Assembly (NCBI GenBank): GCA_013239625.1
Contig: MU053431.1
Location: 2,258,485 to 2,322,484, forward strand
DNA length: 64,000 bases
Direction: 5' to 3'
Source: Lama guanicoe
Lineage: Eukaryota
The notes beneath the pieces were generated by a model. The model searched no databases. It saw only the letters and a program-made list of their open reading frames with translations, and was not told the DNA's origin. Of the stretch, positions 25,901-38,720 are shown piece by piece. Each line of letters begins with the position of its first letter. The first letter of the stretch is position 1. The position numbers and the translations under genes are program-made.

Positions 25901-28900
25901 GCACACCTGCTGCGTGTCCCTCCGCGATGTTCTGTAAAGAGGTTCATCTTCCATGTGGTCTCCCCTGCCTCCCCCACCTTCTCACCTTCCATAAAATGCC
26001 CAAGAAACCTCGTCCTCTGGACTCTGTTTCCTCTCCAGGGCGTCAGAATGTGCCTCCTGGGGGGTGGAGGCCAGCCTTGCGGCTCTCGGTGGCAGGGACT
26101 CAGGGCATCCTGTGAGTGACACTGATACACAGACATGCTGGGCCTCCGTGGACAGGCCGGAGTGCAGAATTGACAAGGTCTGAAGATCATTTACTGACCG
26201 AAGCGAGCTGGGGAAACACCACCTTGAACACTCTACCGACCACCGGACTCAGCCTGTGCTCTGGGAAGCGATTCGGTCTCTTCGAAAACGTTCCGGGACT
26301 TACGCCTCTTCAGAGGCTGTGCCCGCGCCGAAGGCCTGCTTCTGAGTCTCCACGGAGACCCGCTTTGATGTCTGACTGATTTCCAGTAAAACAGGCTCTC
26401 TCTGCTCCAGTCTGCCGCACCGTCAAGAACAGGGGCTCTGACCTGCCCCGTTGCCTTGAAGACACGAGACTGTCTGTGGGATTCGCTCCACAGTGTAATG
26501 AGACACAGTGACGAAGAAACAGTTCACGGTCGTGGGTGAGAAATCCGACAAGGAGGCCAAGGTCTCCAGACAGCCGGGACAGCCTGCTGAGCCCCGGTTT
26601 CCCCGGAAACCACACCCTCCCCCTGCTTTCACCTTTGGGGAAATTTCCGTATGTCTCTCCAATCAGCAGCCACTTCCTCCCCGGGGCTGTAGGGAGGTCT
26701 GGGACCTGAAAGAAGGTGAGAATTCAGCCGTTCAGGCTCCAGTCCCCTGCTCGGAAGCAGAACACCCGTCGGCAGAGACGCTGGCCACTAGCCTGAGCCC
26801 ACGCTCGCCCTCAGATGCGGTCAGACCAGGGAAAGAGCGGCCAGCACGGGGGTCCCGACTCCGCCTCCCATCCAGGCTCGCCTGCTGGGGGCAGAAGGTG
26901 AGCCGGGCTATGGGACCCACATGGGTCGTCCAAGGCCACGCAGGGGACTGGAGCAGGGCCCTGGGGCTCCAGGTCCCCATCCCACTGCCATGACCACAGC
27001 TGCCCAGCAGCCTCCAGCCATGGGCCCCCGATACGTCAGCCTCCAAAGACGCCCCTGGGTGACACCCGAGGATGGAAAGGGCTTGACGGACCAGCCCGGG
27101 GGGGGGGGGCTCTCAAAGGCCGGCGGTCCAGGGGGCCCCAGCCTCCGGGGGTCAGCCCCACCCTCTGCTGTCACCAGCACTTTCCATCTGGCCTACTTCA
27201 AACACGGTTTCATCCTGACAACTCAGAGTAGTTTTAGGATGTTGGAAACGTCAATTTATCTGCACCCCAAGCTGCGCCGCTGGGCAGAGACCCCTCTGGG
27301 CGCCAGTAGGCAAATCCGGAACTCGACCGTCTTGGCCTCGGTCTCCCCACAGCGAGCGAGGGCCAGCAAAGTGAGAGACGCCTGAGCCCCGCACACGGCA
27401 GGCCCAGAGCAGGTGTCGGTCCCTCTCCCACCTAACTTGAGACCCCCCTACCCCCGCCTCCGGGGATAGACTGACTGCCGCTCCCAGCTCCCACCTGCGG
27501 GCTCTCAAAGGAGCCTCAAGGGCTCTCCTGGAGCAGGTGAGTAAACTAGGAGCCCCGTGTGCCCAGACACGTGTACCTAGGATGGTCCGGGGCCTTTTCT
27601 GTAGGTCACATGCCCTTTGAGAAACTCATGAAAACCGCACCTAGAAAATTCTCTGTAAAGATGCCTGGTCCTGAGGTGCACAGACCCCCAGAGCCCAGAC
27701 ACCTGCCACGGAGTGTGAAGGGCGGGCAACGGGACCCTGAAATACACCCTTCCCCACCCCACGTGGCCCAGCTCCTCGAGACAGGGCTCCCACCACCGCT
27801 GAGGACGCGAGCCTGTGCCCCAGAAGCCCACCCAGGTCTGGGTGCACACTCATGCAGGCTGGGGCCTGCCCCCCCCCCAGAGACGGCTTTGCCTCCAGCC
27901 TGGGCAGAGGAAAGAACCCTCCGGGGGCTGCAGGGCAGGGAGAGGTGGTCTGAGCTGTTTCGTCCCTGACTCAGGGAAGTCTCCCATCTCCAGAAGGGCT
28001 TCTGGAGAAGCTCACAGGCTAGGGCGTGATGGCCGTGGCTCCATGCCCAGAGGCACGGCTGCGGAGACAGCCCCTTCCGCAAAGAGAGGAGGCCTGGTCT
28101 GATGCCCACCAAGCCTGGGGGCCACTGGGTGGCTGCCTCCTCCCCACTTCTGACAGCTGCTGCCCATGGACCCACTGGGACACCCAGAGGGCCCGGCACA
28201 TCTCCACCTTCCAGAAGCCAGGCTTTGGTGAGAAAGGCAGAGAAAGGTGGCCCAGGAGGGGCCCCCAGCCCTGGACTGTAGTCCCTGCCCCCACCAGCTT
28301 CCCCAGGCCCAGCTCAGGAGGGACTTGAACTTGCTTAATTAAGGAATCAACAAACCAACCGATTGATGCAGACGTGGGCCAGCCCATGCAGGGTGGGAGT
28401 GGAGGGTGCAGGTGCACAGGGGAGGCCACACCCTCTGGGACCAGCACAGGGGCAGTAGAGGCCTCCTGGGTTGGGTGGGCTGGACCTAGGGACAGTGGCC
28501 TGGGGAGCTGGGGCACAGCCAATGAGCAACAAGCAGGACAGAGATGTTGCTGTTCAGGGAGAGCCCCCAGGCCAGACCTGGGAGAGTGGAGACTCCACGT
28601 GGTTCACCTCCACAATGCCTTGGGGACAGGGGAGCTGTGCCCTGCTTACTGCCACTGGAGCCCCCCATGCAGCAGGCCCTTCTGTCCCGACTCAGGGACA
28701 CCCAAGGAGGAGACAGCACAGACCCCACGCGCAAAGGCAGCTGCCTGATGCACGGCCCCACACACTCTGTCCTCGGTTCCAGGTGCTGCAGCCGTCAGGA
28801 CGCAGGACACACAGGGAGGTGGACCACTCAGGCCCAGGCAGGGAGAGGCCACACAGACAGGACCCAGGAAAGGCTACCATCAGGGACATTCACACCCAAA

Positions 28901-30359
28901 GCACAACGAGTCCTCCAGCAGCCACGCCACAGGCCAGGCGGGGTGGGCTGTGGGGGCAGGCTCTGTCTATGTACTGGAGGTCACCTCGGGCCAGGTCTTG
29001 CCTGACCAAGGAGACCCCTGAGCCCCAGCCAGGCAGGGCGGGAGGAGGCGTTAGGAAGGCTATGGATGAGGAGACACAGAGCTCTTTCAAGGATGCAGGG
29101 CACACCTGGGCATGCCTGCATGGGAAGAGCCAGGGCCACCTCCCGGGGGGCAGGCGGGAGCTGCCACCTTGGTGCCAGGGGAGCCCGTGCCTCTCGGAAC
29201 TCCCAGGGTGGCTCAGCGCTGGGGCTGGGGACAGCGCCCAGGGCTGTGGTCGCTCCAGCACACCCACCCCGCCAGCAGCCTGGCGTTTCCCTCCTGGGTC
29301 TCCTCCCCCATTCCACACAAGGTCTGTCCAGAGCACACACTGGCAAGTCATAGGCACACTCAAGGGGCACATACCCCCTCACCCCAGGGCGGGCACCAGG
29401 TCAGAGCCAGTTTCCCAGAATCCACCCCTCACTCCCATCCCAAAATGCCTCTTTCATACAAAATGGCCGAGTCCCGGTCCCAGTCTAGCTGGGATGGGAG
29501 AGAGCGCCTGCACGCTCAGAGGCTGTGCACGCCAACGGCACAGGGGCACACGCACATGCAGCGACTCCTGCACAGATGCCACACACACAAACACCCCTGT
29601 GCACACAACACCTGCCCGAGGCCACCAGCCCTGCCCCAGGAGCCGGGAGTTCCCTGAACACCCAGCCTGAGGACACTGACAGCCCCTTCTAAGGCCAGGG
29701 CTGGTGGGCCCCAGGACGGTGGCACCCCTCCTCCTGGAGGTCTGCTCTGCCAAGGAGGGGATCCAGAGCCCAGAATGTGCGCAAGGGTGTCAAGCATACA
29801 CCTGGTCCCCAGCTGGCTGCTGCAGAGAGGGGTCAGGGCTGCACTGGGTGGAGGGGGGAGTGGGGGGTGCAGGCCTAGCCAGGGCTGGATGCAGGTACAG
29901 GGGGGCAGGATGGCCAACTGCCTTTAGCTTAGGGCTCAGCAAGTAGGACCCCTCCCCCATGTCAGCAACCCAGAAGTTCACCCCAGATGGAGAGTGAGAG
30001 GTTTGGGGGGATGGGGAAAGGTAGGCCAGCCCCTCCCCACTCTTCCTTCCTTGGGGGAGCCCATGTAGAGGGGCCCCCCCCAGGAGTCCGGCTCCAGTGG
30101 CAGGACAGGCAGCGCCGCCCTCCCTCCCAGGCTGGCCTTTGTTCGGTGCAGCGGCCGTGGGGAGGGGCCTCTCGGGCTGAGGAGGGGAGGCTGGGGCGCT
30201 GCACATCTCCCCATCCTGCGGGGGAGGGGCTGATGCAACCCAACCAGGCCGCGGGCGGGGGAGGGGGACAGGCGCCCCTACCCCGACCTGAGCGCCAGAC
30301 CCCAGAACTCCTTCTAGCCAGATATCTCCAAAGTCGCTCTCCAACCTCCTCCCTTCGCT

Positions 30360-31150
30360 TTAACCATGGGACCCCAGGCACACGGTGTGACCGTGTGACA
30401 GACGCGGGCCCTCATGGCCCGCGGCTGCGCGGCTGCGGGCCGCCAGCAGCCGACCTGCCCGGCGGTGCCGCACGACCCGCGCCCGCCGCCCNNNNNNNNN
30501 NNNNNNNNNNNNNNNNNNNNNNNNNNNNNNNNNNNNNNNNNNNNNNNNNNNNNNNNNNNNNNNNNNNNNNNNNNNNNNNNNNNNNNNNNNNNNNNNNNNN
30601 NNNNNNNNNNNNNNNNNNNNNNNNNNNNNNNNNNNNNNNNNNNNNNNNNNNNNNNNNNNNNNNNNNNNNNNNNNNNNNNNNNNNNNNNNNNNNNNNNNNN
30701 NNNNNNNNNNNNNNNNNNNNNNNNNNNNNNNNNNNNNNNNNNNNNNNNNNNNNNNNNNNNNNNNNNNNNNNNNNNNNNNNNNNNNNNNNNNNNNNNNNNN
30801 NNNNNNNNNNNNNNNNNNNNNNNGCGGGCACGGGCTCAGCGAGGGCGGTGCGTAGGGGGCGGCGCGGCCCCGAGCCCAGGTCCCCAGCCCGGGAGCCCCA
30901 GGGCCAAGGCGGCGGCAGCGGCGGCGGCGGCGGCTCCGCGCTCCTACGGGCCCCGGGCCGCGCGCGGGGACGCTGCGGCCACCTCGCTCCGCGCGCCTGG
31001 GCTCCTCGCCCGCGGCCCCGCCGGCTCCGCCCGCCGCCTCGCCCCGCCCCCCGTTAACCCCTGCGCCGCCGTGCGGGCCCCAGGAAGAAAAGGGCGGGAG
31101 GAGAGGGAAGAGAGATGAGGGAAGCGGACCCCTTTCCGCTCCCCGGACAC
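30360..31150 (-). promoter_or_regulatory. KCNQ2: KCNQ2 CpG-island promoter, 5' UTR and start of intron 1
   Basis: Extreme CpG density on both sides of the gap; GC box ccccgcccc near 31022-31050; (GGC)n run about 30908-30933; minus strand of 30824-30940 resembles the KCNQ2 5' UTR. Confidence 0.9.
30492..30823. other. KCNQ2: Assembly gap (332 N) that almost certainly hides the KCNQ2 exon 1 coding sequence (about 296 nt, Met1-Val99)
   Basis: The exon 1 CDS is absent elsewhere; the 5' UTR runs into the gap; the gap size fits 296 coding nt plus short flanks. Confidence 0.85.
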
Positions 31151-34100
31151 CTGTGCCCTGACGGGGGAATCGGCCCCCTGGTCTCACCTGGGGTGAGCAG
31201 GACCGGGCAAGCACACTGCCTGAGCAGAACCCCTAGCTCTCTCTGGCTCCCCAAGCGGTACCAGGGCCCAAGCCCTGTTGAATTCTTACCAGCTGGGCCC
31301 TGGGACTGGACACCTTGGAGTGGGGCAGGTACCGGCTCTTGCCAGGCTATGACCCAGCCGCCTGGGGACAATATGCTCTTGGCCTCTAGATGAACCAGGC
31401 ATGAGGACCCCCAAGACCCCAGCCCCCTGGGTGTGCAGAGAGGTGTCTGGGGAGAACCTAAGAGGTAGCCTGAACTGGGCCTTGAGGAAGGCATCTTGGG
31501 CAGGGGCGAGGCGGGCATTTGCAGAGGTCTCTTGGCAGGGAGAGGGGCAAGGATGGTCAGAAAGGCGAGGCCTGAGAGACTCACCCCTGGAGGACCTCGA
31601 AGTCTTTGTTCTACAGACCCCAGAGGGGCCTGCCACAGGAGCAGGGGATTGAGGGTGGGTCTCAGGCAAGGCCTAGGCCTGAGGCCAGTAGGGACGCTGG
31701 TGCCACAGTACAGGACAAAGGAGGGCAAGCTCTGGACACAGACGGCAGGCTGTCCCCTTAAAGGAGACTCGGCAGAGTTGGCCTCCTCTAGCCATGGGTG
31801 TCCTGAGGGGTCGCTCTGGACCCTGCTGCTGGAAGGCCAAAGGACCCTTTCCTCAGCCCCTGAGGGGTCCCTGCACACTTGATGCTGTCAGTGCCTCCCC
31901 TGTGCCCACGGGAGCCTCCCTCTGCACACCTGGGATGGTGCTGCCGGCAGGTGCCCCTCCTGATGACATTCAGCCCCTCCCACATCCATCCGGCGTGGTG
32001 GGGTCTACCGTGGGGTCTACCGAGAGAAAGGCCCTGCTGAGCACCTGGTGCTGCCCCCTCAAGTAACTCAGCCGCTAAAACAGTAGGCCCCCTGGCTCCA
32101 GGGCAGCTGTGTTGTTTGCCCTTTGGGTTCCAAAGCCAGTGGCCTGGGCTTTTTTTTTAATTGGGCAGAAAACATAATGGTCAATGCAGGTCATCTAGAA
32201 GGTTGGAGATGGACTGCAGCTCATGCCACACACATACTTGTGCACACAGGTTCGTCCTGGGGCCACACCTCTGACCCCCAACTGCCTGCCTCCATGCCTG
32301 GTCACTAGCTATGATCATCAGCATTAGGTAGGTTTGCCCCAAGTGGTTGCAGGCACCCCCACTGAGCCCAGGCTGAGGAAGGAGGCGCCAACCTGGTCAG
32401 TTCAAGGGGCGGAGGTGGACCTGGGTTACAAAAGGAAAGAAGGGACCACTGGGTCCCCACACATGCTAGGTCTACATGGGGAGGGGGCGCATCTGGGGGA
32501 CACTCACATTCAGTCCTCAGAAACCGGACATGCAGATGCCACAAGGTTTGGGCCACCTTGTCGTACTGAGGAGGAGCCTTCCAGACCCCGGGGTTCCACC
32601 TGAGCTGGGCATGGTACCTTCTGGACCGTGAGAGCCCCTCCCCAGGGTAGGATGGGAGAGCAAAGTGGGCCCATGGTTAGAGTGGTTCACAGAGGATGAA
32701 GGTGTCACTTTAGCTGGTACGTTGAGACAGGAGCAAGGTTTGGGCTCTGCGTTCTAGGGCGCTGAGCAGGAAGAAAGAGGAGTGGGTGTCCTTGAAGACT
32801 GAGGGGCCCCTGGCTATCTTCAAGATCTCCTGGGGGAGGCAGTGCTGAAAGGGACCCCTCACCCAAAGGCTGGAAGGGGACCAGGCTCAGGTGCAGGTGG
32901 CCTCTGCCTCCCTGAGCCCCCGCTCGCTTGTCCCCAGTGGCCTTGGCACCAACAATTTTGCCACATCTCTCAGGGGTTCTGGAAGGCGAACCTGCATCAA
33001 AGTTTGGAAACCTCTTCCTCTATTTAGGGCATCTTTTCCATGATCACTGACGCTCTCAGCTTTGTGTCTTGCACACCATAGACAGTGTGCCATCAGCGTC
33101 CTGGTCACCACTGCCCCCACCCCTGCAACCCAGGCAAAGCAGGTCCGTTGAAGACAGTCAGTTGGGGCTGAATTTCATGCAAGCGAGAAGAACTCCATTT
33201 ATTTAAAAATAGATGGGAAGAGCTTTCAGGCTCAAGCCATCTTTGCCAAGACTGCACTGACAGGATCCAGAGAAGAGGAGTGGAAAAATTCAGATGCACA
33301 TGACACCCAATTCCAGTTTGGGAAGAACGCTTTCACCGGAACTTTGGGGCAGCAGACGCCCAAGCCGGGCGCTGTCCTTTCAGCACCACCGGCACCGCGC
33401 GCTCTCCCCTGAACCTTCCGAGCCAAACACCCTCTTCTTTCGCCCTCTCCCCATGGCCTTCTCCTCCTGACTGGCACGTCACTAAGCAGCCAGAATGGAA
33501 TATTGAGCTGACAAAACTGATGTTGGCCACTGTCACATCAGAGGCCAGCTCAGGGTCTCACAAATCCCCTCCCCAAGTATTACTGTGCTTTCTTTTCCCA
33601 TGGGGAGCTCATCCCGCAGGGCTGTGACCCTGCCTCTCCTGTCCTGGCTCCCCTGCCTTTGTGTGCCTCTCACCCACCATCGTGTCCCCCCGAGCCTGTC
33701 ACAGACAGGACCCACGATGTAGTCCGGGGATGTCACAGCTGCTGTTGGCAGAGGCCATCGGGAAATATACCTGGATTATCCCATCTTTGGGGAACCTACA
33801 ATGGTGACCCTCCCCATGGCGGTGAAGCTGAGACAGTGGGCTCAGCACCTCCCGGGAACCCACTTCTCCGCAATGCCGGTGGCTCATGTCTCTAGTTCCA
33901 CACACTCAACCTTGGACGGTGGGGCCAGAAGGGAAGACATCAGAGCAGAAGAGAGTCAGTGGGGAAGAAGCCAGCTTCCACCGGCTGCCCATCCTGGCCA
34001 AGGGCCATCAGCTGCGAGGGCGTGCAGGCCACTCTAGTGGAGGGGGAGGTGGCTCCAGCACCTTGCTGCGGGGGCCCTTTTGGCACAGCCCCATGGGATG

Positions 34101-35214
34101 CTCTGCTGAGACCCTGCAGCCACAAAGAAGATCCTTACATCCCGCTCGTGGCCAGTGACCACAAGGACACGGGGGACCAACGCTGAAAAGCAGCATCTCC
34201 CGTCCCATCCCCTCCCCGCTTCCTCCCAGCAGGGAAGGAGCAAGCTCCTTCTTCAGTCACGGTGCCTTCAGGAAAGCAGACGACCACACGGCACCCAGAG
34301 AGAAAGCTCTGCCAGACAGAGATCAAGACTTCATTTGGGGAATGAGAAGAGCCAGGTTCTCGGTCGTGTAACCTGGGTCAGGGCTGCTGTTGCCCTCGCC
34401 CTGTGGTTTGGGCAGCAGGAAGTGCCTACCAGACAGAAAGTCCCGGCCCTCCCTGCCAAGGAATTTTCCGTTATTAGGGAGAAGGGCTGTGCTATTTATC
34501 CAACTTATGGGGGAACAGGGAAGTGAGGAAAGTATTTAAGACATGAAAGCACTGATTTTTTAAGTCATCTTACGCTAAAGTCAATATAAATTTAGTTTAT
34601 AGTTTTTTCAAGATTGGGACTCTCAGCAAGCTCTCCAGCCCCTGGCAAACCAGCCAGTTGTGTGAGAGGGAATTTCTCACCCACCAGTAACACCTTGACA
34701 CCAGGAGCCCACGGTCGCCCGTGGCAGCAGAAACAGGCCAGGCGAGGGTGGCCCTGGATGTGTCTAGAGGGCAGAAATCAACTTGTAGATTCTGGACCGT
34801 CCAGGGAGCCCCTAGACTGGCACTCTGCCTCGAGGTGCCCCCACCCCACACCCCAGCTTCTAGGAGCAGGGGCTGTTTGGGAGGCTGTGCGTTTTGTCCT
34901 CATCAGTCCATGGCTTCTGTACAAGGTATCTCACCCTCCCCTTTCCACACCTCTGGGCAAATGTGGAGTCTGCGACACTCATCCTCATTCCGTGAGAGAG
35001 AAAACAGGGCTCAGAGCTCACACATTCTGGCTCTGAGGTGTGACCCAGGCCCCACTTAGATTCTCAACTTGCCGTCTCTCCCAAGGCAAGTTGAGGACAT
35101 CCACTTTCCTCGCCACAGACTCTTCACCTCTGTGATCCAGCCCTGCAGCTCACAGACCACCCCGTCCTCACCCCACCTCCCTACCTCCCACCTCCCTACC
35201 CTGGGCACATGACA

Positions 35215-35605
35215 GCTGCAAGGACCCTCAAGCAGGAGCCTTCACATGTACTGTTCCCTCTGCCAAGAATGCTTTTCCCTTCACTAGCACCAGAAGTTCC
35301 CTTCATGAGCACCAGAAGGTCCCTGTGTTTCTTCTCAGGGAGGCCCTGCTTGTGGGTCTCCCCTGAGGTGGGACTCCAGCCCTCCCTCTCAGCTCCAGTT
35401 CCTCATCACAACCTGAGACTCTGTTACTTACTTTCTCTCTCCTGTTCATCCGCTACCCTGACTAGACAGGAAGCTCAAGAGGAGAGCAGTGCACACACTC
35501 ACACCCGTGCACTCACAGCCCCATGCTCACACTCCCTCCCCGTGCACACGGCCACTGGCCCAGCCCACAGAAGCTGCTCATCAGCCTTCCTTGTATGAGT
35601 GAACA
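35215..35605 (+). mobile_element. L2 3' fragment
   Basis: gccttcacatgtactgttccctctgccaagaatgc..actagacaggaagctc..tgtatgagtgaa. Confidence 0.65.
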
Positions 35606-36427
35606 CCATGTTCTAGGGCTGGATGTCACTTGGAGTCTCTAGCCAGGATGCACCCTTGATGACTCGCCTTGGGCTGGTATGGGGCAGCAGCTGCTGGGAT
35701 AGACCAGGGAGGATGTGAGCCAGAGCTCAATTCCGTGGAGACAAGCTCCCCAGCAACAGAGCGGTCAGCCGCCCTGCCCACACACAGGCTGTTGGCATCT
35801 AGGCCCTGGCTGCCCGCCCACTGCCAGCCCAGGCTCGCTTGAGTGCTTGCTTGCTTGCTTGCTTGGCCAGATGTCCATTAGGCATTGGGCAGAACTGTCC
35901 AGCCTGGGGCAGAGCCCATGGGCTGTGAGAGTCCCCCCTCCCTTCACCCCCTCACCCAGGACAAGGTCACCACACACTAAGCCAGGGAGATGGGACAGAA
36001 AAGGTGGACTCCTGGACCAGCACACCAGGACACATCAGCCTAGGAGGAGCTGCAGCCGTTGGCCAGCACCAGGGGCCCTGCTGGGGTGGCCACTGAAGAA
36101 CCACAGCACTGGCAAACAGGAGCTCACCTCGCGGCAGTGCAGAAGGCCGGGGGCAGCTCCTCACTGGTCAGGCAGAGGGAGATGGTCCCACTTCATGAGG
36201 CTGCCCGGTGCTAAATGGAGATGATCCTGTAGAGCAGCACCCAGGACAGGGAAGTGCCCAGGAAAGAGCAGGGAGATGCACGGTGACCCCCATCCCAGCT
36301 TAGAAGCCCCTGCTTCCTTGGTTTCCTGCAGACCCTCCCATGGGGAAGGACTCCCAGCTCAGACCTGCTGACACACCACCCCTGCCTCCTCCCGGCGTCT
36401 AATCACAGAGATAAGATCCGCTTAAGC

Positions 36428-36630
36428 CAGTCACTCTCACGCGGGGCAGCTCTGTCCCCCAGGGGACATCTGTAATGTCTGGAGATATTTTGATTGATTG
36501 GTATGATGGGAGCAGGGACTATTGGCATCTAATGGGTAGAGGCTTCCAAGAGTGCACAGGACAGGCTTCCCACCCCTACAGAGAATTGTTTCTCCCTGGA
36601 TGATGAGAGTACTGAGGTTAAGACACCATG
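36428..36630 (+). mobile_element. MER20 (hAT-Charlie MITE)
   Basis: ccccaggggacatctgtaatgtctggagatattttg..attggcatctaatgggtagaggc..tgcacaggacag..tgaggttaagacaccatg follows the MER20 consensus end to end. Confidence 0.9.
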
Positions 36631-37029
36631 ATTTGGTTAACAAGTGTTCTTTCTTAAACGGCAAATATTTCTGATATGTTAGCCATTCACACCTTAGTAT
36701 GAAATAGTGCCAACAAATGAATTTTCTCCCTAAAGCTCCTAAGGATACCTAAGCCAAGGGAGGAGAGCTTTCACAGGCAAGGAGGAAGGAGTCTGGGGTG
36801 TTGGGAAGGAGAGCAACTCCCCCCACTCCAGGAAAGGCTTTGGGTGGTGAGTATCTGCCAAATGGCGACAGGATAGCTCCTCACCGGAGTTCAACAAAGT
36901 AACCCTAGGTTTTTCCACGTTGCTATTTTCTAGCCTGATGACAACATCTACCTTTATACCATCACAGAACAAGGAATCTCTGCTTCTGCTTCCCAGCTCA
37001 CTGGCTTACTCTAAGTGCATCACTAGGCC

Positions 37030-37165
37030 AGCTGTGAGACTCTCTGTCCCTCCATCCCTCAGCCTGTACATGGTGGGGTGATGCTGCTAAAGATGTCACG
37101 GGAGTGTAATGACAGTGCACAGCACCTAGAACAATTCCTGGCATGAGTAAGCGTTACATAAGCTT
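37030..37165 (+). mobile_element. MIR fragment
   Basis: ctctctgtccctc..gcacctagaacaattcctggcatgagtaagcg. Confidence 0.7.
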
Positions 37166-38454
37166 CAAAGTAAAAATAAATGAATCGATTCCAGGGCCGG
37201 CTCTGAGTGATCACATTTCCAACGTGTACCCCCTTCTTCGACACCGGGGCTGTGGATCCTGGGTGTTGGGAGACACACAGTAAAGGAAGGGCTGAGAGGA
37301 CACCAGAGGCACCTAGTGTCCCCAGAGCCTGCCCCTACCCCAGCAGAGGCCGCTGCAGCCTTCCTTCTGAGAGAGCTGGGGCACAGGCAGCAGCCCTGGT
37401 CTCACCCAGACCCCAGGCCTAAAGGTGCATAGAGCCCCTATTCAGGCCCTTCCCACTCCGAGGAGCAGGAAGTTTGCTCAGAGACCTGAGACGGAAGGGG
37501 AAATTTTATAAAACCCCACTGTGGGATTCAGGAGCACGGCCCCACCCCTCTCCTCTCCCTCTGCCTGTCCTCCAAGCCCCCATGGCTCAGCACTGTGTCT
37601 TACTCTCTGGACAGCTGAGGCCTGGACCCCAGGACCCCAGCCGGCAATACAGGCCCAGCTTCAAACAGCAGCTGGTATGATGCTCATTGCCAGAGCCTGG
37701 GGTGGGCTCCCTGGGCCAGGGAGCTGGGCCCATCAGGCACTCGGGGCTGGCACAAGCCCAGGGCACAGCCCCCAGCCCCCAGCCCCCATGGGGCTGCCAG
37801 TGTGCCTGGCAAGACGGCTTTCAGAGGCTGGGGCCACTTCGCCAAGCATCTTTAGAGACGGCCCAGAGCGTATGATCTGGTCCCTGCTCCACTGACCCTT
37901 CCAGGCCGCCTACTCTACCCAGAGTGGACACAAGACAAGCAGGGCCTGGACAACCTCTTGCCTCCTCCTGGTCTTGGCGCCTTGCTCACTGCTACCTCAG
38001 GCCCTCTCAGCCCATGTGCAGGCCAGGCCCTGGTGTGAGGCTGACTGGACCGCCATTCTGGTAGCAACCTTGGCTGGACTCCCAGCTGATGAGCCCACAT
38101 TTGAGCTGTTTTTCTCCTCGTGCAGTCATGGCCACCCCCAGCCCTTCTCTGCCTCCTCCCCACCTGACCCCCACAGAGAGACACCAAGAGCAGGAAATAA
38201 AGCCAGGAAAGGAGGCAGCTCCCCCTTTCATGAGCTCCATCCCTCCACGACCCAGCCCAGCGGAGTCAGGAGCAGCGTGGACTCATACTCTACCCAACAA
38301 GTGTGGCTGCCTGGCTGGCTTCTCCCAACATGGCTGCTGGGCCAGGAGAGCTGCCCAGTGCTGCCCTCATGCAGCCAGCCATGGGCACCCCCAGGGGTGC
38401 AGTCCTGACTCCAGGCAGCCAGCCATCAGCGCAGGTGGAGCCGAGACACAGTTG

Positions 38455-38720
38455 GTGTGTGCTCACACACAGTCATGCTCAGGTACTCATATGTGCATGC
38501 ACACACATGCTCTCCTGAGCACGCACAAGATGCACATGTATACACACACGCACACACACCTGCACACATTCACTGCCCCAGCTCCCAAGGACTCCGGTTC
38601 ACTCCACCACGTTCTGCCCACACTCTACACAGCAACACGCAGATGTGCACAGTTCTCACACAGGTCTGTACGGCTGGGTACACACCCCTGGGGCACATGT
38701 GTAGTCTGACATACCTACGG
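38455..38720. repeat. Degenerate (CA)n low-complexity tract
   Basis: Alternating purine-pyrimidine runs such as catgcacacacatg..tatacacacacgcacacacacc. Confidence 0.8.

Noticed and set aside
28325-28372. TTAATTAA/ATTGAT enhancer-like island
   Set aside because: Equally consistent with a decayed L2 tail (tcaacaaac..attga); not enough support.
28471-29670. 399-aa plus-strand ORF and the many other 100-350 aa ORFs (e.g. 2787-3590, 19671-20528, 62785-63822)
   Set aside because: Pro/Gly/Arg/Ala-rich with no recognisable domain, overlapping in all frames, often with non-ATG starts. Expected from stop-codon scarcity in very GC-rich DNA.
29987-31214. Long ORFs spanning the N run
   Set aside because: Artefacts of translating through the assembly gap.
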